A stretch of DNA of 64,000 bases. Origin: a virus. The position numbers were made by a program, and so were the translations under genes. Positions 10,712-19,069 of the stretch are shown piece after piece. The stretch's first letter is position 1; each line of letters starts with the position of its first letter. Below the pieces are notes generated by a model that saw only the letters and a program-made list of their open reading frames with translations, was not told where the DNA came from and ran no database searches. Location: the IMG/VR virus record IMGVR_UViG_3300042975_000098, one strand, 5' to 3'.

Positions 10712-11491
10712 ATGCGTGATTTGAGGAGAATGCTTGATGTGAGGACCATCGTCATCATGGTGGTGGTGATGGCGATCGCCATCGGTGCGCCGGCGGCGTA
10801 CGTGCTCGGCGTACGCCCATGGCTGGAGCGCCGTGACGCCGCGCGCACCGCGGAGACCTCCATCGTGCCCGTGGGGCACACATGGAGCAAAACCACCGTG
10901 AAGACCGATGACGTGTCGGTGAACCCCACGCAGTACGTGATGTCCAACCATGACAAGCGTTTCTCGTGCTACGGGTTCAAGGGTTCCGACCGCTCGCCCG
11001 ATCATGTCGTCAAGGTCGTGCTGGCGTTCGGCGACGAGAAGAGCCGCGACTGGACGGGGCAGCAGTTCACCACGCTGGCCGGGGCCATGAAGACCGGTCG
11101 CATCGCGGTCGACGTGTGCTACCTGCTGTCATCGGACGCCTATTCGGCGTTGGCGATGGAGGCGCTCGCGGAGATCGATTACAACGATCCGGGGAACACG
11201 TGGTCGGCGATGTCGAAGCTCATGATGGTCGACGCGACCGACCTCGCGACGCAGAAGGCCAGGCTTGGCGCGGTCATGGATGTGGTGAAGTCGATATCGA
11301 ACGCGGACGGGAAGGTCGACATCTCGGAGAGTTCGCTGCGCACGGGGTCGTTCCTCCAATGGTCGCGCGTGATGACGTCCGCGAACCACACCGAGGTCAT
11401 CCCCGCGGTGTTCGCCGACGGGAAGAACATCACCGCGAAGTTCAGGCTGTACGACCCGGATTCGTTCACCGTGACCCTGAATGGCCTGTGA
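10712..11491 (+). CDS. Membrane-anchored DsbA-like thioredoxin-fold protein without CxxC
   Basis: N-terminal TM; VVKV..F, TGRIAVDV, IPAVFADGK match the actinobacterial DsbA-like layout. Confidence 0.5.
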   Translation: MRDLRRMLDVRTIVIMVVVMAIAIGAPAAYVLGVRPWLERRDAARTAETSIVPVGHTWSKTTVKTDDVSVNPTQYVMSNHDKRFSCYGFKGSDRSPDHVVKVVLAFGDEKSRDWTGQQFTTLAGAMKTGRIAVDVCYLLSSDAYSALAMEALAEIDYNDPGNTWSAMSKLMMVDATDLATQKARLGAVMDVVKSISNADGKVDISESSLRTGSFLQWSRVMTSANHTEVIPAVFADGKNITAKFRLYDPDSFTVTLNGL

Positions 11492-11495
11492 CCGA

Positions 11496-11502
11496 TGATA
11501 TT
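11496..11502 (+). promoter_or_regulatory. YGATATT-N8-ATG motif (tadA)
   Basis: GATATT at 11497-11502, ATG 11511, no SD. Confidence 0.75.
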
Positions 11503-11510
11503 CCCGTGCC

Positions 11511-13034
11511 ATGAACTATCTTTCCAATCTTCTTGATGATCAGAACGAGGAACAGCCGATAGCCAAGGCGCAGGAGTCCGTGGGCGACCTCAATCTGCGG
11601 AAGATCATGTCGCTTCCACCGAGGTTCTTCGATGGCTACTGGGATTACGTCGACGCGTGCGTGACATGGATCTACGGTTCCGTGACGAAGGCGGTATCGC
11701 CGATACTGGCGTCGGGCCGCTCCTCCGGCCACGATTCCGATGAGTACAAGCAGGCGGCCGGCGCGCTGCGATCGTTCGTGATGAGGTACGCGGGGCAGCA
11801 TCCGACAAGGCTTGACGTTGATATCGTATCCCAGATGGTGGAGTATCAGATACTCGGCATGGGCATCATCGAGCCCATATGGCGTGACGAGAACGTGGAG
11901 GAGCTTTTCATCGACGGGCCGAGCCGCGTGAACATCATCTATCATGGCAAGAAGCTCCGCGTGCCCGCGGTCACGTTCAAGAACAAGGATCACGTCTACC
12001 GCGTGGTGTCCAAGGTTCTGGAGGAGACCAACCGTAAGGACCTCGACTTCGGGCAGAACCACCCGTATCTCGACGCGCGCCTAGCCGACCTGTCCCGAGT
12101 CGCCGGCATACACGACACGATATGCCCCGGGGGGCCGGTCGTGGACATACGCCGCCACCCGACCCACTACTGGACGCTATCCGACATCGTGGCCAAGGGG
12201 ACCTGCAGCAGGGAGATGATACAGGACCTGGCCAAATGGATAGAGGCGAAGATGTCCATCCTCGTCATCGGCGAGACCGGCTCCGGCAAGACGACGTTCC
12301 TTGACGCGATCTCCGGGCTGTTCCCCGCATCGGCCAGGATATGGACGATAGAGGACGTTCAGGAGCTGGAGCTGAATCCGAACAAGCCATTCAAGGTGCC
12401 GGGGTGCGAGGTCAAGCTTCCCAACAAGGACGGCGGCAACGGGTTCACCATCAAGGACCACGTGAAGGCATCGCTGCGAATGATGCCGGATATCGTCGTC
12501 ATCGGCGAGACCAGGGACTCGTCCGCGTATGACCTCATGGATGCAGCGAACACCGGTCACCAGGTGTTCTCCACGCTGCACGCGAACAGCGCCGACAGCG
12601 CCATCGACCGTCTTGTGGACCTCATCTCCTCTGGCGGCGACATCAAGGGCCGTGACGCGCTGGGCATGATCGCGTCGGCGTTCGACGTCATCGTCCACAT
12701 CGGGCTCGACAAGCAGGATTACGTTCGCCGCGTCATGGAGATATCCGAGGTCGCGGCGCGTCCCGTGGCCGAGTCGTTCACGACCTCCGCCGGCAAGACG
12801 ATAACGGGCGACGCCACGGTTCCCACCACCGATCTCTGGCAGTTCCAGCAGACCGGGCTGGACGAGCATGGGCACGTCATAGGCGACTGGGTGAAGGTCG
12901 CGGACATCAGTCCGACGCTGGCGCGACGCAAGCGTCTCCCGTTCACCCGCGACTTCACGTGGGATGACTGCGTGGAGCTTGAGGGGTTCAAGGATCGGGA
13001 TACGACCATTCGTCATGGCGTCGGCGACGAGTGA
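11511..13034 (+). CDS. tadA: TadA/CpaF (VirB11-like) pilus assembly ATPase
   Basis: GMGIIEP, LDARL, GETGSGKTT, TIEDVQEL, LRMMPDIVVIGETR, NTGH..STLHANS. Confidence 0.92.
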   Translation: MNYLSNLLDDQNEEQPIAKAQESVGDLNLRKIMSLPPRFFDGYWDYVDACVTWIYGSVTKAVSPILASGRSSGHDSDEYKQAAGALRSFVMRYAGQHPTRLDVDIVSQMVEYQILGMGIIEPIWRDENVEELFIDGPSRVNIIYHGKKLRVPAVTFKNKDHVYRVVSKVLEETNRKDLDFGQNHPYLDARLADLSRVAGIHDTICPGGPVVDIRRHPTHYWTLSDIVAKGTCSREMIQDLAKWIEAKMSILVIGETGSGKTTFLDAISGLFPASARIWTIEDVQELELNPNKPFKVPGCEVKLPNKDGGNGFTIKDHVKASLRMMPDIVVIGETRDSSAYDLMDAANTGHQVFSTLHANSADSAIDRLVDLISSGGDIKGRDALGMIASAFDVIVHIGLDKQDYVRRVMEISEVAARPVAESFTTSAGKTITGDATVPTTDLWQFQQTGLDEHGHVIGDWVKVADISPTLARRKRLPFTRDFTWDDCVELEGFKDRDTTIRHGVGDE

Positions 13035-13044
13035 CGGCCACTGA

Positions 13045-13051
13045 CGATATT
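13045..13051 (+). promoter_or_regulatory. YGATATT-N8-ATG motif (tadB)
   Basis: GATATT at 13046-13051, ATG 13060. Confidence 0.75.
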
Positions 13052-13059
13052 CCGCAGGC

Positions 13060-14034
13060 ATGATGACAACAGTGCTCGCAGGCAACTCGCTACTCATATT
13101 CAAGATAGTCGCGGCGGTGGTCGTAGGCTTTCTCGTCGTGGTGGCGGGTCTTATCGTTCGTAGCTACTATGGCGGCTACAAGGCGAAGATGACCCTTGAG
13201 GATCAGCTTCGGCAGCAGCTTTCGCCGGATTACGATGAGACGGTTCATCTTGACAAGTCGATCCGCATGCGGTGGAACAAGTACTGGGAGAAGGCGCTCA
13301 TCGATTCCGGCGCCAACATATTGTCCGCGAACCGGCAGAACGCCGGCAACATCGTGCTCATCGGCATGGCCGCGATCACCGCGGTGCTCACCGTGCTCTT
13401 CCGCGGGCAGATACTCGGAGCCATCATCATCACGCTGCTGGCGTTGTTCGTCCTGGGCATCGTGCTGTCGTTCATGGCGGACAAGCGCATTGAGACGCTG
13501 ACCAATGAGATACCGCAGTTCATCAGCGGTCTTATCGCCGCCGATCAGACATCGAACTCGCCAAGAGTGGTTCTACAGTCCGGCATCAGGGCCGCTGCGC
13601 CCGAACTCCGCGAGGAGCTTGTGGTCATTGAGAACAAGCTTCATGACGGGGCCGGTCTGAAGGACACCCTTGAGGAGTATGTGAAGACAAGCCCCATATT
13701 CGTGCTCAGGTTCCTGATGATCTGCATCATCCTCGCCTCCGACGCGAACACGAGCATGACGCCGCAGTTGAAGAAGATACAGGAGATCGTGGACGCGCGC
13801 CAGCGTGTGGACCGCGCGCGCAGGCAGGCGGTCGCCAGCATCATGCCTACCATCTGGGTATCCACCATCTTCATTCCGGCGATGTTCCTGTACACGTACA
13901 TTCTGCAGCCGATCGCGAGGGCGTTCTGGTTCCACACGCTGTTCTCATGGCTCATCTTCCTGGTGGTCATCGTGCTGTACTGCTTCGGAATCTGGGTGAG
14001 CAAGCATCTCGTCGATAAAATCAAGAACATGTAG
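13060..14034 (+). CDS. tadB: TadB-like T2SS-F family membrane platform protein
   Basis: TM pattern with PELREEL cytoplasmic domain and two C-terminal TMs; follows tadA. Confidence 0.75.
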   Translation: MMTTVLAGNSLLIFKIVAAVVVGFLVVVAGLIVRSYYGGYKAKMTLEDQLRQQLSPDYDETVHLDKSIRMRWNKYWEKALIDSGANILSANRQNAGNIVLIGMAAITAVLTVLFRGQILGAIIITLLALFVLGIVLSFMADKRIETLTNEIPQFISGLIAADQTSNSPRVVLQSGIRAAAPELREELVVIENKLHDGAGLKDTLEEYVKTSPIFVLRFLMICIILASDANTSMTPQLKKIQEIVDARQRVDRARRQAVASIMPTIWVSTIFIPAMFLYTYILQPIARAFWFHTLFSWLIFLVVIVLYCFGIWVSKHLVDKIKNM

Positions 14035-14041
14035 GCGGCGC

Positions 14042-14170
14042 TACGTCGATTACGTTCGCACGGCAAGCATTCGCTTATCATATGAGCGTATTTTTCGTAC
14101 GACGTCGAAAAAACGGCGTTTTCGATGACGACATCACGAAAACGCGATCCGGCGTTCTGCGTGGCTCTCA
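14042..14170 (+). repeat. 129-bp dispersed intergenic repeat, copy 1
   Basis: Ungapped alignment to 41449-41577 and 53203-53331; imperfect 40-bp palindrome at 14051-14090. Confidence 0.9.
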
Positions 14171-14205
14171 CGCGATTCGCCGGGCGCGCGGGAAAGGGTA
14201 GGGCA

Positions 14206-15438
14206 ATGGATTTCAGCGAGCGCTACAAGCGGATGGACCGTTACACGAGGCTTGTCATCGACAGTCTCATCGCCGGCATCAAAGCGCATCAGAGCCAGAT
14301 GCTCGTCGCCAACCCCGGTACCGGTAAATCGGCGCTCGTATACGATCTCGCGAAGAACTTCCTGGGCTATGACGTCATCACCATCGTGGGCAGTCAGAAG
14401 GAGCCCACCGACATCACGGGGTTCCCGAAGACCGTGGGCAAGCCGCTGCCGAACGGCGACACCGTGAGCGTGACCGAGTACGCGATGGCCGAATGGCAGT
14501 TCAGGATACTGCAGACGCCCAAGCTGGTGCTGTTCCTTGATGAGTACTCGAACAGCAAGCCAGATGTTCAGGCGGCGCAGCTGCAGATCATCAACGAGCG
14601 CGTGTTCCCCGACCTGACGCCGGTGCCGAAGCAGACCGTCATCATCGGGGCCATGAACCCCGTGGAGACGGCCGCCGACGGGTACGAGATATCATTGCCG
14701 TCCGCGAACAGGATCAAGTTCATACCATGGGAGCCAAGCTTCACGTCATGGAAGAACGGGCTGCTCGACAACTGGGGGTCGCCCGACGCGATCAGCGCGG
14801 AGGAGATGAAATGGCGCCGGCGCGTGGTGGAGTTCCTCGGCAGGAACCCGGCGCTCGTGTACAAGCTCCCCGATGGCAAGGCGACGGCGAACGCGGGCTC
14901 CGTCTACGGCTTCGGCGGCTCGCCGGCGCAGGCGGACATATACAAGACCGCGTACCCGTCCAACCGCTCGTGGACGAATCTGGCGCGTGAGCTCCAGTAC
15001 TGCGAGCGCGGCGATAAGAAGTACACCTATGATCTCATCGAGCTCTCGGCGCGTGGCATCGTCGGGTATGAGGCCACGCGCAAGTTCATGGACTACCTGA
15101 TAAAATCCGATGACCAGACGCCCGACCTTCCGAACATCCTGCAGGACCCGTCGATCGTCAACTGGGCGGGGATGAACGGGAACACCAGAATCGGTCTGGT
15201 CCGAAGCCTTATGGATTACGTGCTGTCCACCGAGGCGCGCGTCGACCAGAAGAAACGGCTCGCGCTAGGCGTCCGGTTGTTCAGTTATCTTGGCAACCAC
15301 GATCAGGCCGCGCTCGTGGCCGGCTATCTGCAACGGCTCATCCAGGCGCTCGGCAACAACGACATGATCTCGGAGAGCCGGGAGCTTATACGCGTCCCCG
15401 CGTTCAAGGCCATGATGGGCCGGATGAGGGGAAGGTGA
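14206..15438 (+). CDS. MoxR/dynein-related AAA+ ATPase
   Basis: ANPGTGKS, EPTDITGFP, LFLDE, GAMNP, ANR, PSNRSW; ATG 14206 chosen because the longer ORF starts inside the repeat. Confidence 0.85.
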   Translation: MDFSERYKRMDRYTRLVIDSLIAGIKAHQSQMLVANPGTGKSALVYDLAKNFLGYDVITIVGSQKEPTDITGFPKTVGKPLPNGDTVSVTEYAMAEWQFRILQTPKLVLFLDEYSNSKPDVQAAQLQIINERVFPDLTPVPKQTVIIGAMNPVETAADGYEISLPSANRIKFIPWEPSFTSWKNGLLDNWGSPDAISAEEMKWRRRVVEFLGRNPALVYKLPDGKATANAGSVYGFGGSPAQADIYKTAYPSNRSWTNLARELQYCERGDKKYTYDLIELSARGIVGYEATRKFMDYLIKSDDQTPDLPNILQDPSIVNWAGMNGNTRIGLVRSLMDYVLSTEARVDQKKRLALGVRLFSYLGNHDQAALVAGYLQRLIQALGNNDMISESRELIRVPAFKAMMGRMRGR

Positions 15439-15445
15439 TCGCGCC

Positions 15446-16855
15446 ATGGCTTCGAATCTGACCGACGAGCAGCGCGCGGAATGGTCGGCGGCCGTCGCCG
15501 GCGCGGAGCTCAGCGCCTCGGAACTCAGCGTCGGCCTGGCGTCGATGGTGCCGTTCGCGTCGACCGTTGTTCGCGTGTCGGCCATCGATGAGTACTGGCG
15601 CGTGGCGCTCGGCCCCGGTTTCTGGCGATACCCGGAGCGCGAGCGGGAGGCGATCGTCATCCACGAATGCCTTCACGTGGTGTGCAACCATCACGCCCGC
15701 GCCAGGATAGCGCACCAGTCGGATGCCAAGACATCCAACATGGCGCAGGACCTTGAGATCAACCAGCTTATCACCACGCTGCCAAGGGTCCATCTTCCCG
15801 ATGATGCGCTCATGCCCGGTGAAACGCTGCGCGTCCCCCGGAACCGCACCATGGAGGAGTACTACGGCATTCTGTCCGACGGCGATGGCGATGGGGACGG
15901 CGGTGATGGCGCGGAGTCCAGCGAAGCATCGTCCGGCGCCGGCCCGAAACCGCCAGCGGACGCCGGCGGCGAGTCCGATGACGATTCGCGGTCGGATGCC
16001 GACGGGTCGCAAACGGGCGGCGGCGATGGCGGCCAGCGGGATCGCGGGCAGGGCACCCATGGAGGTCCTGGACCATGTGACGGCGACCGCGGCATGGAGG
16101 TCGAGAACGAGGCCGACGCGATCGGCATAGGGAAGCTTGATGGAACGAACCAGTCGTTCGCCCGCCAGCAGGTGGCCGAGGACACCCGCAAGTCGATGGC
16201 GCATGGCACGGGGTCCATGGATGGCTCCTTCGCCGCGCGGCTGCTTGACGGCATGAAGCCGCCGAGGGTCAACTGGCGCGAGGTGCTCACCCACGCGTAC
16301 TCAAGAGAATACTCGAAGGCCGCGAGGCGCTGTATCGACTATTCCTACAAGCGGGTGAACCGTCGCGGCACGGCGTTCGCCTCCGATCTCGTGTTCCCCG
16401 GACTCGTCGGCAGATCGCCCCGGACCATGGTCGCCGTGGACACCTCCGGCTCCATGGGCGAGAGGGATTACGACGCGATGCTCCGCGAGGTGTCCGCGCT
16501 GCTCAAGGAGGTGTCGCATTCCGAGAAGAACTCGATCGTGTTCTTCTGCGTGGACACGAAGATGAAGGACCCGGACCTGGTGACGGATATCGCCGACATC
16601 GATCTCAAGGGAGGAGGCGGCACCGACATGGCACCGGCGTTCGCCTACGTCAGCGGGCTGTCGCGCTCGAAACGCCCGGACGTGTTCGTGCTGGTGACGG
16701 ATGGCGGGTTCGACTGGAGCCGGTTGGAGAGGTCATGGCCGGCGGGCGTGAAGGTCATCATCGCGTTGACCTCCGACATGTCGCTGGGGTCGATCCCGGC
16801 GTTCGTGAGCGAGAACGCCACCGTGGTCGTCATCGGTGATTCCGCGCGCCGCTGA
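15446..16855 (+). CDS. Metallopeptidase-like (HExxH) plus VWA domain protein (DUF2201-type)
   Basis: IHECLH, NMAQDLEIN, WREVL, VDTSGSM (MIDAS), GGGGTD, VTDG; adjacent to the AAA ATPase. Confidence 0.85.
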   Translation: MASNLTDEQRAEWSAAVAGAELSASELSVGLASMVPFASTVVRVSAIDEYWRVALGPGFWRYPEREREAIVIHECLHVVCNHHARARIAHQSDAKTSNMAQDLEINQLITTLPRVHLPDDALMPGETLRVPRNRTMEEYYGILSDGDGDGDGGDGAESSEASSGAGPKPPADAGGESDDDSRSDADGSQTGGGDGGQRDRGQGTHGGPGPCDGDRGMEVENEADAIGIGKLDGTNQSFARQQVAEDTRKSMAHGTGSMDGSFAARLLDGMKPPRVNWREVLTHAYSREYSKAARRCIDYSYKRVNRRGTAFASDLVFPGLVGRSPRTMVAVDTSGSMGERDYDAMLREVSALLKEVSHSEKNSIVFFCVDTKMKDPDLVTDIADIDLKGGGGTDMAPAFAYVSGLSRSKRPDVFVLVTDGGFDWSRLERSWPAGVKVIIALTSDMSLGSIPAFVSENATVVVIGDSARR

Positions 16856-16930
16856 GCGTCTCTCCGTCACCACCATGCGGTATAATAAGGGTGTTAGCGA
16901 AGCGGGCAGATCGCCCGCGGCAGGCAAGGA

Positions 16931-17884
16931 GTGATGATGGCAGATACGTTCATGAGGACCCCGTTCGTCTCGCATGATCAGCCGGATGCGGATGGCGTCC
17001 GCGCGGAGGTCATGGTGCAGACCGGCGTGGCCATGGTCGCGTCGGTGGACAGCAATGGCAAGAACGCCAAGGTGGAGCTGAAGGCCGATAACCAGAAGTA
17101 CACGGTGAAGACGTGGATGACCCCCGGCAACAAGGCGTTCGACATTCTCGATGACGCCTATAAGAACAACAAGCCCATCAACGTCCGCGTCGAGCAGCGC
17201 AGGCTGAAGAGGAACCGCGACACGAAGGAGCCGATTCTTCGCTCGACCCCCATCAGGGAGCTTCTCGTGGACCCCACGACCCATAAGCAGACGAACGACC
17301 TGGCCCGCCGCAACGCGGTGAAGACGCTGGTCGGCGTCGCTCCCGTGGACGGCGACATGGAGTTCACCGGCGAGGAGGTGACGCTGCCATCCGAGGACCC
17401 GCAGGAGGGTTCGCACGCCGGCGTCATGTCATCGAACCCGGTGACCTCGACGCCGCCCGCCGGCTACCATTCCGATGGCTATGAGGCCCAGCCGTGGAAG
17501 GGCACGAACAACGATGGCACCGTGAACGCCGGCGCGTATGGCGTGGGCGCGGCCGCCGGGTTCTACTTCCTCGCGTTGGAGCAGAACGCGAAGATCGGCG
17601 ACGCGCTGGCGAAGACGTTGGCGTCGAAGCTGATGGTGGTGTGCGATTACATGCAGAAGAAGGTGTATGACGGCCGTCAGGAGTACGCCGAGCGGAACGC
17701 CGCATCGCATCTTCGCGCGCGCGAGGTGGTCACCGAGGTCATCAAGAGCCGTCTGCAGATCACCGATGAGGTCCTTGCCTCCAGCGAGTCGCTGGGCGAG
17801 TGGCTGAAGAAGGTTCTCGCCGCCTCCGAGGAGATATACCAGTGGGCTTACGAGGATTACGGGAAGTCCATCGCCAACCGGTGA
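16931..17884 (+). CDS. Hypothetical protein
   Basis: TATAAT at 16881-16886, SD AAGGAG; strongly biased codon usage. Confidence 0.7.
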   Translation: MMMADTFMRTPFVSHDQPDADGVRAEVMVQTGVAMVASVDSNGKNAKVELKADNQKYTVKTWMTPGNKAFDILDDAYKNNKPINVRVEQRRLKRNRDTKEPILRSTPIRELLVDPTTHKQTNDLARRNAVKTLVGVAPVDGDMEFTGEEVTLPSEDPQEGSHAGVMSSNPVTSTPPAGYHSDGYEAQPWKGTNNDGTVNAGAYGVGAAAGFYFLALEQNAKIGDALAKTLASKLMVVCDYMQKKVYDGRQEYAERNAASHLRAREVVTEVIKSRLQITDEVLASSESLGEWLKKVLAASEEIYQWAYEDYGKSIANR

Positions 17885-17896
17885 TATTGTCATGCT

Positions 17897-17989
17897 GTCC
17901 AGTCGATGAGGATTACGAAGGTCCGCGCTCAACGGAGTCCGAGACCATAGTGCCTCACTATGAATGACCTTACTCATCGGCTGGATTTT
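17897..17989 (+). ncRNA. Candidate structured small RNA
   Basis: 14-bp closing stem 17897-17910/17973-17986, inner stem aaggtc/gacctt, hairpin catagtg-cct-cactatg; GATATT 8 nt upstream; T run after. Confidence 0.5.
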
Positions 17990-17995
17990 CATTAC

Positions 17996-18035
17996 CAGTT
18001 CGGGGTCGGCGAATCACATCGTCGGCCCCGAACTG
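17996..18035 (+). terminator. 17-bp hairpin (terminator or part of the RNA)
   Basis: cagttcggggtcggcga/tcgtcggccccgaactg pairs fully on the + strand using two G-U pairs. Confidence 0.6.
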
Positions 18036-18060
18036 TATGCGTGACGGTATAATGCCGGTC

Positions 18061-19068
18061 ATGACAAGACTCGTGACGATCAACTACGAAACGCTTTCCT
18101 ACGCCGAGCAGCGGGCATCCGACATCATGGACGAATGGGGCATCGACCGAGCGTCGCGCAGGCACACCGATGACGTCGTCAAGCGCCCCGGCCGCACGCT
18201 GTTCGGCCCGCCCATGGCGTGCGTGCTCACCATCAGGGACAAGTCGATGCTTGAGGCCGCCACCAGCGCCATGGCGGCGGAGGGAGCGGCGTTCGCGGGC
18301 GCCGGCGTGGTCATGCTCGCGTCGTTCCCCGAGAACACGAAGGCCATGAAGTCGTTCACGGCCGCCGTGCGCGAACTCGGCGGGGTGGCGGAGACGCCCA
18401 AGAAGAACCGCGACGGCGAGATAACCGCGATCATGTCGACCATACACCTCAACGCGAGGTCCGCCGAGTTCCTGCTATCCTACGTTGGCGGCGATTACGA
18501 GATACTGCTGCCGTTGGCGAAGTCGATAGCCGTGCTGCCGCGCGCCGAGCAGGAGGCGCTGACGGTCGACGACCTCATCGTCAGGCTTCCCGACCATCCG
18601 GGGGAGATAACGGTGTGGGGCGATTTCCGCAAGCATGAGCAGGGGCTTGACGATCTGATCATGGCCGGCGATCGCGGCGCCGCGCTCGCCCGTCTTCGTC
18701 GTATACTCGCGGGCGGCACGCAGCCGCTTGTCGTACTCGCGTTCCTCCGCAACCGGTTCGCCGCGATGTACCAGTTGAAGACGATGCTGGCCGCCGGTGT
18801 CGACGCCAGCACCGCGGCGGTCACGCTTGGCCTTCCCGACCCGGCATACAGCGGCAAGGGCCGTAAGGACCCGAAGACCGGTAAGAGCGGGTACCCCACC
18901 TTGAAGACGATACGCGCGCTCGGCGGCGCATCGGAGAGCGCGCTGACCAATGACATGAGGGAGTTCGTCAGGATCTCGGAGATCATGAAGGGGCAGCACC
19001 CCACCATACGCATGGATGCCGCTGATGCCCTGATCCACCTTGTGGCCACCATCACCATGGAAGGATGA
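18061..19068 (+). CDS. DNA polymerase III delta (HolA)-like clamp-loader subunit
   Basis: TLFG motif, AEFLLSYVGGD, ALARLRRIL..G..PL.VL pattern; TATAAT at 18048-18053. Confidence 0.6.
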   Translation: MTRLVTINYETLSYAEQRASDIMDEWGIDRASRRHTDDVVKRPGRTLFGPPMACVLTIRDKSMLEAATSAMAAEGAAFAGAGVVMLASFPENTKAMKSFTAAVRELGGVAETPKKNRDGEITAIMSTIHLNARSAEFLLSYVGGDYEILLPLAKSIAVLPRAEQEALTVDDLIVRLPDHPGEITVWGDFRKHEQGLDDLIMAGDRGAALARLRRILAGGTQPLVVLAFLRNRFAAMYQLKTMLAAGVDASTAAVTLGLPDPAYSGKGRKDPKTGKSGYPTLKTIRALGGASESALTNDMREFVRISEIMKGQHPTIRMDAADALIHLVATITMEG

Positions 19069-19069
19069 C

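Noticed and set aside
14100-14126. LexA/SOS box inside the repeat
   Set aside because: TCGAAAAAAC-GGC-GTTTTCGA does not fit the TCGAAC-N4-GTTCGA spacing or sequence
14125-14205. ORF starts or ORFs within repeat copies (14125, 41291-41620, 53176-53358)
   Set aside because: They overlap the non-coding repeat, show no conserved frame among the three copies, and have atypical codons
17897-17989. Hammerhead ribozyme, tRNA or SRP identity for the structured RNA
   Set aside because: No CUGANGA/GAAA core, no T-loop GTTCRA or cloverleaf, no SRP domain IV motif
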